Positions 14,105-26,235 of a stretch of DNA of 64,000 bases are shown piece after piece; the stretch's first letter is position 1, and each line of letters starts with the position of its first letter. The stretch is from the human T2T-CHM13v2.0 reference genome, Homo sapiens. The position numbers and the translations under genes are program-made. The stretch lies in NCBI RefSeq assembly GCF_009914755.1, contig NC_060926.1; one strand, given 5' to 3'. Under the pieces are notes generated by a model. That model did not search any database and was not told the origin of the DNA. It was given only the letters and a program-made list of their open reading frames with translations.

Positions 14105-15313
14105 ATGGGCAACCTTCCACCTTCCATTCCTCCTTCTTCTCCCTTAGCCTGTGTTCTCAAGAACTTAAAACCTCTTCAACTCACACCTGACCTAAAACCT
14201 AAACACCTTATTTTCTTTTGCAATGCCGCTTGACCCCAATACAAACTCAACAGTAGTTCCAAATAGCCAGAAAATGGCACTTTGAATTTTTCCATCCTGC
14301 AAGATCTAAATAATTCTTGTCATAAAATAGGCAAACGGTCTGAGGTGCCTGATGTCCAGGCATTCTTTTACACATCAGTCCCTTCCTAGTCTCTGTGCCC
14401 AGTGCAACTCGTCCCAAATCTTCCTTCTTTCCCTCCTTCCTGTCCCCTCAGTCCCAACCCCAAGCATCGCTGAGTCTTTCTAATCTTCCTTTTCTACAGA
14501 CCCATCTGACTTCTCCCCTCCTTGCCAGGCCGAGCTAGGTCCCAATTCTTCCTCAGCCTCTGCTCCTCCACCCTATAATCTTTTTATCGCCTCCCCTCCT
14601 CACACCTGGTCCGGCTTACAGTTTCGTTCTGTGACTAGCCCTCCCCCACCTGCCCAGCAATTTACTCTTAAAAAGGTGGCTGGAGTCAAAGGCGTAGTCA
14701 AGGTTAATGCTCCTTTTTCTTTATCCCAAATCAGAAGCGTTTAGGCTCTTTTTCATCAAATATAAAAACCCAGCCCAGTTCATGGCTCGTTCGGCAGCAA
14801 CCCTGAGATAATTTACAGCCCTAGACCCTAAAAGGTCAAAAGCCATCTTATTCTCAATATACATTTTATTACCCAATTTGCTCCTGACATTAAATAAAAC
14901 TCCAAAAATTAGAATCTGGCCCTCAAACCCCACAACAGGACTTAATTAACCTCACCTTCAAGGTGTACAAGAATAGAAAAAAGTTGCAATTCCTTGCCTC
15001 CACTGTGAGACAAACCCCAGCCACATCTCCAGCACACAAGAACTTCCAAACGCCTGAACCGCAGCGGCCAGGCTTTACTCCAGAACCTCATCCCCCAGGA
15101 GCTTGCTACAAGTGCCAGAAATCTGACCAACAGGCCAAGGAATGCCTGCAGCCCAGGATTCCTCCTAAGCTGTGTCCCATCTGTGCGGGACCCCACTGGA
15201 AATCAGACTGTTCAACTCACCTGGCAGCCACTCCCAGAGCCCCTGGAACTCTGGCCCAAGGCTCTCTGACTGACTCCTTTCCAGATCTTCTCAGCTTAGC
15301 GGCTGAAGACTGA
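14105..15313 (+). pseudogene. gag: HERV-H gag, disrupted
   Basis: MGNLPPSIPPSSPLACVLKNLKPL.. with an early TGA at ~14231. Two C-terminal zinc knuckles, CYKCQKSDQQAKEC (His lost) and CPICAGPHWKSDC; ends DLLSLAAED*. Confidence 0.9.
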
Positions 15314-15367
15314 TGCTGCCCGATCGCCTCGGAAGCCCCGTAGACCATCACGGACGCCGAGCTTTAG

Positions 15368-15650
15368 GTAACTCTCACAGTGAAGGGTAAGTCCGTCCCC
15401 TTCTTAATCAACACGGAGGCTACCCACTCCAACATTACCTTCTTTTCAAGGGCCTGTTTCCCTTGCCTCCATAACTGTTGTGGGAATGACAGCCAGGCTT
15501 CTACACCTCTAAAACTCCCCAACTGTGGTGCCAACTTAGACAATACTCTTATGCACTCTTTTTTAGTTATCCCCACCTGCCCAATTCCCTTATTAGGCTG
15601 AGACACTTTAACTAAATTATCTTCCCTGACTATTCCTGGACTATAGCAGC
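15368..15650 (+). pseudogene. pro: HERV-H protease, disrupted
   Basis: VPFLINTEATHS (the DTGA active site has become NTEA); HSFLVIPTCPIPLLG*. Confidence 0.85.
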
Positions 15651-15699
15651 ATCTCATTGCTGCCCTTCTTCCCAATCCAAAGCCTTCTTTGCATCCTCC

Positions 15700-17520
15700 T
15701 CTTGTATTCCCCCACCTTAACCCACAAGTATAAGATACCTCTACTCCCTCCTTGGCTACCGATCATGCACCCCTTACCATCTCATTAAAACCTAATCACC
15801 CTTTCCCCGTTCAATGCCAATATCCCATCCCACAGCATGCTTTGAAAGGATTAAAGCCTGTTATCACTTGCCTGCTACAGCATGGGCTTCTAAAACCTAT
15901 AAACTCTCCTTAACCATTCCCCCATTTTACCTGTCCTAAAACCAGACAAGCCTTACAAGTTAGTTCAGGATCTGCGCCTTATCAACCAAATTGTTTTACC
16001 TATCCACCCTGTGGTGCCAAACCCATATACTCTCCTATCCTCAATACCTGCCTCTACAACCCATTATTCTGTTCTAGATCTCAAACATGCTTTCTTTACT
16101 ATTCCTTTGCACCCTTCATCCCAGCCTCTCTTCGCTTTCACTTGGACTGACCCTGACACCCATCAAGCTCAGCAAATTACCTAGGCTGTACTGCTGCAAA
16201 GCTTCACAGACAGCCCCCATTACTTCAATCAAGCCCAAATTTCTTCCTCATCTGTTACCTATCTCGGCATAATTCTCATAAAAACACACGAGCTCTCCCT
16301 GCCAGTCGTGTCCGACTAATCTCCCAAACCCCAGCACCTTCTACAAAACAACAACTCCTTTCCTTCCTAGGCAAGGTTAGCACGGTCAGAAATCTTACAC
16401 AAGAGCCAGGACCGCACCCTGTAGCCTTTCTGTCCAAACAACTTGACCTTACTGTTTTAGCCTAGCCCTCATGTCTGCGTGCAGTGGCTGCCACTGCTTT
16501 AATACTTTTAGAGGCCCTCAAAATCACAAACTATGCTCAACTCACTCTCTACATTTCTCATAACTTCCAAAATCTATTTTCTTCCTCATACCTGACGCGT
16601 ATACTTTCTGCTCCCTGGCTCCTTCAGCTGTACTCTCTTCGTTAAGTCCCACAATTACCATTGTTCCTGGCCCGGACTTCAATCCCGCCTCCCACATTAT
16701 TCCAGATACCACACCTGACCGTCATGACGGCATCTCTCTGATCCACCTGATGTTCATCCCATTTCCCCACATTTCCTTCTTCCCTGTTTCTCACCCTGAT
16801 CACGCTTGATTTATTGATGGCAGTTCCACCGGGCCTAATCACCACACACCAGCAAAGGCAGGCTATGCTATAGTACAAACCACTAGCCCGCCTCTTAGAA
16901 CCTCTCATTTCCTTTACATCATGGAAATCTATCCTCAAGGAAATAACTTCTCAGTGTTCCATCTGCTATTCTATCTGCTATTCTACTACTCCTCAAGGAT
17001 TATTCAGGCCCCCTCCCTTCCCTACACATCAAGCTCGAGGATTTGCCCCCGCCCAGGACTGGCAAATTAGCTTTACTCAACATGCCCTGAGTCACAAAAA
17101 CTAAAATACCTCTTAGTCTAAGTAGACACTTTCACTAGATAGGTAGAGGCCTTTCCTACAGGGTCTGAGAAGGCCACCGCAGTCATTTCTTCCCTTCTGT
17201 CAGACATAATTCCTCAGTTTAGCCTTCCCACCTCTATACAGTCTGATAACAGACCAGCCTTTATTAGTCAAATCAGCCAAGCATTTTATCAGGCTCTTAG
17301 TTTTCAGTGACAGACTAAAGGTCTTTTAAAAACACACCTCACCAAGCTCAGCCACCAACTTAAAAAGGACTGGACAATACTTTTACCACTTTCCCTTCTG
17401 AGAAGTGAGACCTGTCCTCAGAATGCTACCAGGTACAGCCCATTTAAGCTCCTGCATAGATGCTCCTTTTTATTAGGCCCCAGTCTCATTCCAGACGCCA
17501 GACCAACTTAGACTGTGCCC
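15700..17520 (+). pseudogene. pol: HERV-H pol (RT/RNase H/integrase), deleted and frameshifted
   Basis: RT KPDKPYKLVQDLRLINQ..VLDLKHAFFTIPLHP..FAFTWTDPD with the YxDD region absent. IN VDTFT..VEAFPTGSEKATAV..IQSDNRPAFISQ with stops. Confidence 0.9.
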
Positions 17521-18077
17521 CAAAAAACTTGTCATCCCTACTATCTTCTGTCTAGTCATACTCCTATTCACCATTCTCAACTACTCATACATGCCCTACT
17601 CTTGTTTACACTGCTGGTTTACACTGTTTCTCCAAGCCATCACAGCTGATATCTCCTGGTGCTATCCCCAAACTTCTACTCTTGAAGTAAATAAATAATC
17701 TTTGCTGGCAGGACTATGCTGAATCTCCTAAGCACTCTCTAATCAGATGTCCTAGGTCCTCCCAATTCTTAAACCATTTATACCTGTTTTTCTCCTTCTC
17801 TTATTCCATTTAGTTTTTCAGTTCATACAAAACCGTATCCAGGCCATCACCAATCTTTCTGTATGACAAATGTTTCTTCTGACAACCCCACAATATCACC
17901 CCTTACCACAAGACCTCCCTTCAGCTTAATCTCTCCCACTCTAGGTTCCCACGCCGCCCCTAATCCCGCTTGAAGCAGCACTGAGAAACATCGCCCATTC
18001 TCTCTCCGCACCACCCCCAAAAATTTTCGCCGCCCCAACACTTCAACACTATTTTGTTTTATTTTTCTTATTAATAT

Positions 18078-18090
18078 AAGAAGGCAGGAA
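18078..18090 (+). other. polypurine tract
   Basis: AAGAAGGCAGGAA abutting the TG of the 3' LTR. Confidence 0.85.
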
Positions 18091-18523
18091 TGTCAGGCCT
18101 CTGAGCCCAAGCCAAGCCATCGCATCCCCTGTGACTTGCACGTATATGCCCAGATGGCCTGAAGTAACTGAAGAATCACAAAAGAAGTGAAAAGGCCCTG
18201 CCCTGCCTTAACTGATGACATTCCACCATTGTGATTTGTTCCTGCCCCACCTTAACTGAGTGATTAACCCTGTGAATTTCCTTCTCCTGGCTCAGAAGCT
18301 CCCCCACTGAGCACCTTGTGACCCCCGCCTCTGCCCACCAGAGAACAACCCCCTTTGGCTGTAATTTTCCATTACCTTCCCAAATCTGATAAAACAGCCC
18401 CACCCCATCTCCCTTCGCTGACTTTCTTTTCGGACTCAGCCCACCTGCACCCAGGTGAAATAAACAGCCACGTTGCTCACACAAAGCCTGTTTGGTGATC
18501 TCTTCACACGGGCGCACATGAAA
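18091..18523 (+). promoter_or_regulatory. HERV-H 3' LTR (LTR7Y-like)
   Basis: Direct repeat of the 5' LTR. AATAAA at 18459-18464; TATA altered to TGATAAAA; ends CATGAAA. Confidence 0.95.
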
Positions 18524-18606
18524 GTCTCGATCTCCTAACATCACGATCTGCTCACCTCGGTCTTCCAAAGTGCTGGGATTACAGGTGTGAGCCACCGTGC
18601 CCAGCC
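18524..18606 (-). mobile_element. AluY, 5' part with Pol III A and B boxes
   Basis: Resumes GTCTCGATCTCC..GTGAGCCACCGTGCCCAGCC. Right Alu TSD TATTTCATTAAATTCTT at 18607-18623. Confidence 0.93.
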
Positions 18607-18699
18607 TATTTCATTAAATTCTTATCTTACTTTTGTTACTTTTCCTTCTACTTGTTTTGATTTTAGTTGTACTTAATGAGAAAAATAGAAAAAAATATA

Positions 18700-19880
<1,181 letters not shown>

Positions 19881-21009
19881 ATTTGACACATCCTCTTTAG
19901 GTATGTGCTCTTGGGTGATTCCCCTAATCATAGTGGAAAGATGGGAGCTGAGACTCTAAGACTGTAAGTAACTTGGCCAAGACTTATGGCTTGATACGGA
20001 TCTTCTAACTCAAAATCGTGTGTTCTTCTCACTACCCAATTATTGCTTCACACTTCATCATTTTGCAGATGACTGTGTGTTGATGAGAGGCTGCCATAAT
20101 TTGAAGTCATTAGAACAATGAAATAGTATCTGCACATATGCACAGTCCTCGGATGCGATGGGCATTCCCTCAAGCTGCAGTCCAGCAGGAAATTTTCAGT
20201 GCTAGAAGAGTTAAACTATAAGCTGACTTGAGATGTAGTAGTTCAAAACCCTTGCCAATAACTCTTTATTATGTGCAGCATTTTCAAAGCAAAATTACAA
20301 CATGTTAGAAAGTGAATGAGGCAAATTACTGGTGATGTCATCAAAGTAATAACTGCTAATGACCCTTTTACTCCTGGGCATTGCCTGAGGCCACACTGAC
20401 AGGAAGAGCAGATCTGCTTTCTGTGAATCCATTTGGATTATCTAGAAGGCATCCTGAAAGTTATGAAAACATAATGTGAGAAAATGATAGATCAAAGTGT
20501 GAATACAATGCAGGGACAACAGAAAGGAAAATGTACTCTCTGTTGTGTAATGGGTATTTTGGCCAGAGTTTGAAGAGCTTTATTAAGGAGTGACAACAAA
20601 CATATATTTAAATGATGACATTTCCTCCAAAATAAAATAAACAAATAAATATGTAGAATTTAAAACTTTTTTGTTTCCATGAAAGAGTTTGGAATACCCT
20701 TCCAAACTCTCCTCATTCATTGAGACGATGGATCTCTTGTTATTAACCGAGACACTGAATTTTGAGGTGACATCCTGTTCTGGAGGCAGAAACATTGCCA
20801 GCACTTCTCCTTCAGCAGTTGATTTATTATGTGACAGTCGGTGATGAGCTTATCCTCATGAAGATGCTCCCTCCCACGGACAGCCGTATCATACTTGAGG
20901 CCTCCCTGCCACTTACCCAGGCCACTGCAATAGCCCCTTTGTTGTCATCTGGTTAAGAACTAAGGTTCTTCCTTAACCAGTCCATTCCCCTGACTTCCAC
21001 AGAGAAACC

Positions 21010-21560
21010 ATTCTATAAACTGCTCATCTGTCAGCTGTTCACCAGCTCAAAAACCATTCAGAATCCCACACCTTCTCCCACTGTCCACAGAATATTGTCA
21101 GTACTCCTTCTAAGAGAATTCAAAGCAACATGACATCATCCTATATTTCTAGCCTTACCTAATAAATATTCATACCGACTACCTACTGCTTTCTATACAG
21201 GGAAACATTTCAAGGCCTCCGAGGTCTGCTTGGAATTCTCCCATCCACCATCATTTCTGCTGCCTATTAATATTCCACCTATAATTTATTCACCAAATAT
21301 TCCTTGAATGAGTGCCAGGTGTCAGATACCTCAGTTCCAAGGTCCTTTCTTTTGTGAAGCTTTTCTTGGAAGCTCCCCTTTCTGAGCTCACACTCTAATT
21401 GGGACATTATTTAATTATAGTCTGTATTGAACAATATTCGTGTCAAATGCATTTTTGTCTGTTTCTCCTACTGGATTTGGAGCATATATCTTGGAATCAC
21501 TGCCACCTGCCATAGTATCTAGCACATTATAGACAATAATTTTTATTGACTGAATCATTT
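21010..21560 (+). mobile_element. L2 fragments
   Basis: TGTCTGTTTCTCCCTACTGG..TCTAGCACA..TTTATTGACTGAAT, an L2 3'-end-like pattern. Confidence 0.5.
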
Positions 21561-21729
21561 TGAAGTTATTCCTCTATGTTCTAGAGAATTAATACTTTAG
21601 TTTCTGTATTCCCTACTTAGAGATACTTTTAAGGTGCATTGATAATAATCCTGGATTTATTAGAATCTTTAGGGAGCATCTCAGAATGAGATTATAATTC
21701 TTTCTCGATAGCAGGGATAAGACTGGTGC

Positions 21730-22215
21730 TGTAGAAGATAAAAAGGAATCCTAATTTCTTGCTCACATCTTGCTTTGGCAGAGTCAGGACATAGGACCCA
21801 TAATCCTTATCTCCTATGAAGAGAAAATCTTGCCCCCGTCTTCTCACCAGCCCTTGGCAGAGCTGTTAGGAGGCAGATTCCAGCTGCCAGCCCTTCCAGT
21901 GATTTTTCTCAGCTGCAGCAAGCCACCTTGCCCAAGGTCATGCCCTTCCACGTGTGACCCACATCCATGACTGATGGATGCAGGAGCTATAAAGGCCCAG
22001 CCACTGCAGCCCAATGCAGGGGAATTGGGGCCATCTTAGTTCCAGAGTTCTCCATGAAACCGGCTGAGGCTATGCCTGCATAATAGTTCAGGTTTTCCTT
22101 TTGTCCAATCCCACTTTCTATGCCTCCCTTTCATGGAGACTGATTACAAGAGCACTCTGATAAACACTTTGAACATTATACTTCGTCTCAGAGTCTGCAT
22201 CCTGGTGAATCTAAA
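21730..22215 (+). mobile_element. LTR16-type ERVL 5' LTR
   Basis: CTCAGCTGCAGCAAGCCACCTTGCCCAAGGTCATGCCC, TATAAAGGCCCAGCC, CTCAGAGTCTGCATCCTGGTGAATCTAA. Start approximate. Confidence 0.75.
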
Positions 22216-25200
22216 TGGTATCATCAATGCAAGTGGCTCTAAGATGGGATTTTGGAGCTGGATGACTCACCAACCAGCCAGTGATTAAGATGCTGTCACT
22301 TGTGGTTGGTGGAGCACAACTAGTCCTGGTGCAAGGTGGGTACTGCTTGGTAAAACTTTCATGAAGGTGAGCTGGGAAGCTACACCAGTGGAAAGGAATG
22401 CACTCACTGGTGCAATGCATGCTTTTCAGTGCATTTGAAAATTATGGGAGGGGTAGGTACTATAAGGGCAAAGAGGTTGTATGACTATGGTTAACCTTTA
22501 AGCTCTAGAAAAAAACAAAAATAAGGTTAAGTGTGAAAGCCAAAGCCAAAAGCCAAAGCTTTTATATAGTACCCTATAAAAAGCCTCTCATCTCCTTTAA
22601 CAGCAGGGAAGAAAGTTGGAGAAAAGCTCCACAACTTAATTGTCATGGTAGCTGAACTAGAAAGAATAATGTACTCATAACAAAGCCATTTGTATCCAGG
22701 TGAAGACCCTGACTGGGATGAACGGGACCCTGAAACACGGAAAAGAGACTTGGTTGATGACCTGAAAAATTCGGAATTCCTAGATTCTCCCAAATCTCTG
22801 AGCCTATAGAAGCAGACTTTCCCTCCATTTTAACCCATTCAGAGGTCACTCCCCTGAAAGAGAGCAGGTACTCCACTCAGGATCTTTCCCCACCTTGCTT
22901 CCTAGCCATTAGGCTAATAACTCAGGTAAATTGCATCATAATCCAGCCTTGAGTGTGCTGGGCCTGGTAAGAAAGGAAAGGAATTACATCCCAAAGGAGC
23001 TAAAATAAAACCTGCTAACATAGACCAGCAGGTATGCTCTGGCAGAGCAGGTATGGGTCTGATCAAGGAGGCTGGAGCCTAAGAGTGAATAAGGGATGTT
23101 ATCTACTAGTGGTTTAGTGAATTTGGGAGCACTCTCCCAAGGTACAGGATTTAAAACTTAGCAAAAACCCTAGGAGATGATGCAAACTGGGTCTTAGGAG
23201 CATGCAAACTAGTTCCTAGGAGCATGGAAAAAGTGATGGCCAGAGTAAGGGAGGTCTACATGTTGGGACCACTGTGTCTGATGGTGGAGAATGGGATAAA
23301 AAACTAGGGAGTGAGCATTCTAGGGAGGATATACAACATACAAAAAGCCCACCACGTGGTTATATTTCATGGGAAATCCCCAGAGAAAAGAAGAGGTGTT
23401 CTGGTGAGACGGGAACCAGCATCACCAAGAAGTTCATTGGTGGCTGTCCTTTGTAGGTGGAATTGACCATAGGAGAGGGCATTATTACAGAGCTAGGGTC
23501 ACTGATAGTGATAAGGATAATAAGATCCCTACTGAAGCCCGGCAGTGGCACTTCATTGTCAAAATCCAGGTAGACAGGTAACTCAGGTAACTTTATACTT
23601 GGAGAATAGGAAAACTCAAACTGGCAGTGATACCAGAAACTCCAAAAGTCACTATGGCCTCAGTTTTGGGGTGGAGCTAACTAAACAGAGTTAACTAACT
23701 AGAGTTCAAGGCCAATATCTAATCAACTGTAAGTCTGCAATATCTGCTGTTTTCTCAGGCCCTTCTGAAACTGCTCTCCCCCTCAATCCAAGACAGTAAA
23801 TTAAAAATAATATTGCATTCCAGGGCATGTAAAAAATGAGTTTCGTTCATAACTATCTAAATGATGCATTGATAGTGGTCCCTACCAAATACCCAATCAA
23901 TTCATCAGTCCAGCCCCTGCAGAAGCCAGATGAGTCTTAGAGGAGGGGAATGTACTACCACCAACTATACCAAATATAACTCCAATCACAATCGCAGTCT
24001 CTGTTCCAGATCAAGTATATTTGATAGAGAAGATTAACATGGTTTCAGTGCATGGTTTGAGGCCATGTATTGTGGTCATTTTTTCTATCTCTATCTGAAA
24101 GAAGATAAAAAGTTGTTAATATTTACATTGAATGGACAAAACTACACGTTCATAATTGTGCCTCAAGGCACTATGGATTCCCTCCCTCCCCTACTTTGTC
24201 AATAATACAGTCTGAAGATGTACTGGACTGTCTGACATCCACAGAGCATCACATTGATCATCTGCATTTATACGTCATGCTAATTGGATTGGAGGAACCA
24301 AAGGTGGCAACCTTTTTGGGAGCCTTAGTAAGACACACACAGCTGAGGGTGGAATATGAAACCTACAAAGCTATATGGCCTGCCACACTAGCAAAATATT
24401 TAGGAAGTCAGTGTTCAGGGCAAACCAGGATCCCACCTGTAGTAGTTGCCTGTAACTGCCATAACAAATTATTTAAAAATGGGTGGCTTAAAATAACAGA
24501 CATTTATTCTCTTACAGTTTGGGGGGCCAGAAGTCCAAAATTCAGGTGTTGACAGATCCACACATCCTCAAAATGCTCACAGAAAAATTCCATTCCTTAC
24601 CTTGTCCTGCTCTGGGTGGCTTCCAGCACTCCTTGGGCAGTGTACCCCCCGGGAATACTGCTTTGGCTCATGTATAGGTGACATGAGATGCTGCCAGCCT
24701 TGAGTGGGGCCCAGAACAGGAAAGTGCACTGTAAAAGGTTCAGGCTGTAGTTCAAGCGGCCATTACCCTTGGGCCATATGACCCAGCAGATCCTAAGATA
24801 TTAAAGGTATTAGTGGTGGGATAAAGAGACCATGGAGAGCCAATGACAATCTCAAGGGAGAGCATCACAGAGCAAGCTTCTTGGACTCTGGACCAAGAAT
24901 GCCAGTGGATACTTTGCCATGCATATGCAGTGGAGAATCACCTTTTGAAAAACAACTGCTGCCATGCCACCAACCCCAATAAAAGTGGAATATCTATGCA
25001 TGAGACTTTTTTGACCCTGAATGATGAACTGCCCACAATGACGTAGATTCTGTCGGAACACACCGTGTTATAAAATTAGACGCAACTGGCAACAATAGTG
25101 AGAAAATGAAGTGTAGCATAGGCAGGACCAGGGGCAGAGCCAACTGCATGCAAAGGGAACACAGACCCCATGCCACCCACCGCTGATGCCCCAGCACCCT

Positions 25201-26235
25201 CCCTCATCATGCACCAGTGCCACATGGTGTGATCCCGCTTGGTTCGCAGATGGGTTGGCTCTGAATGTGGCCCAAGTCAGAAATAACAGCCTTTCTTGGA
25301 GGCAGCCTTGAAAGACAGTGATGAGGGGAAATGCACTTTGGGAAGAGCACCTAGTTGTGCAGTTGTGGAAAGAGGTGTCCTAACATGAGACTGTACAGAT
25401 TCATAGGCAGCAGCAAATAGCCTGGCAAGTCTGAAAAAATAAATAAACAAATTTTGCAATGAGAAGGACAAGGAGGGGTGGGATAGAGGCATTTGGAATG
25501 TGAATGGTGTATGAAGATCTTGGAGTCACGTGTTAACACCCACCACAGAGCGTCCACCAGAGAAGAGGTACTCAATATCCAAGTAGACAGAATGTCAGCC
25601 AGATTTTGTCATAGACCAGTGTTAGCACAGGGACGTATGGCCAAAGCAGTGGCAGTGATGGAGAGCCTCCACACGGACCCCACAGCAGGATCTCTCACTG
25701 ACCAAGGCTAGTGTTGCCACTGAGTGTCAACATCAAATGTAGAGGCCCACACTGAGTTTGAAGACCAAACTGGTCACTTGGTAACAATTGACCAAGTGGG
25801 CCCCTTCCACATTGCAGATGCCACCAAGTCACTGAGAGAAATTGGTAGATATTTCAGGTATGGATTTTACTTACCTGAGGGTGTCAGACAGCCCCAGTGT
25901 CCGAAGCCTTACAGAGTGTTGGCTGCTTGGCACAGGATTCCACAAACAACTGTCAAAAACTAGTGAGGCCACCTAACAGAAATGCAGGTGAGGGAGTGGG
26001 CCAGTAACTACAGGAATGACCTTAACAAATATTACACCAGCTAAAAGCTGCAGGCCTGAAAGAACACTGGAACAGTGAAAACACAGCTGAAGCAACGGCT
26101 CAGAGCTAGAGAATGGAGTTCACATCTCTAGGAAGCAGTGTATGCACAAAGCAGGTTCGATATATGATGCTGTGTTCCCAGTAGGAGGAAAATAGGAGTC
26201 CCAGGCACAATGAAGTAGAAGCAAAAGTGGCAACT
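22216..26235 (+). mobile_element. ERVL (ERV3-16A3/ERVL-E-like) internal region with decayed gag-pol
   Basis: RT-like LQKPDES.. and FTLNGQNYTFIIVPQG at ~23915-24180; RNase H-like KILESRVNTHHRASTREEVLNIQVDRMS at ~25510; IN-like IDQVGPF at ~25790. Confidence 0.8.
24438..24643 (-). mobile_element. MLT1C/D LTR fragment nested in the ERVL
   Basis: CTGCCATAACAAATTA..GGTGGCTTAAAATAACAGACATTTATTCTCTTACAGTT..GGCCAGAAGTCCAAAAT. Confidence 0.75.

Larger units (their letters stand above)
12757..18523 (+). mobile_element. HERV-H provirus, two LTRs, common internally deleted (RTVL-H2-like) form
   Basis: Paired ~430-bp LTRs, tRNA-His PBS, gag/pro/pol remnants, PPT. TSD GTCTC at 12752-12756 and 18524-18528. 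Confidence 0.98.

Noticed and set aside
13251-14233. ORFs resembling ESRG/HESRG-type peptides (ASPAFLGEGQVPLNPFSFTLSGKS)
   Set aside because: Generic HERV-H leader translations, mostly with non-ATG starts and fragmented here. Not evidence that this locus is ESRG or coding.
16961-16985. Short 9-22 bp tandem duplications (here; also ~23182, ~23576, ~31816, ~51747)
   Set aside because: Ordinary slippage events in decayed repeats.
18176-18595. 139-aa minus-strand ORF across the Alu/LTR junction
   Set aside because: GTG start inside an Alu and antisense LTR sequence; no domain.
20841-20930. Possible C/D snoRNA (GTGATGA box C)
   Set aside because: No CTGA box D with a terminal stem at the expected distance.
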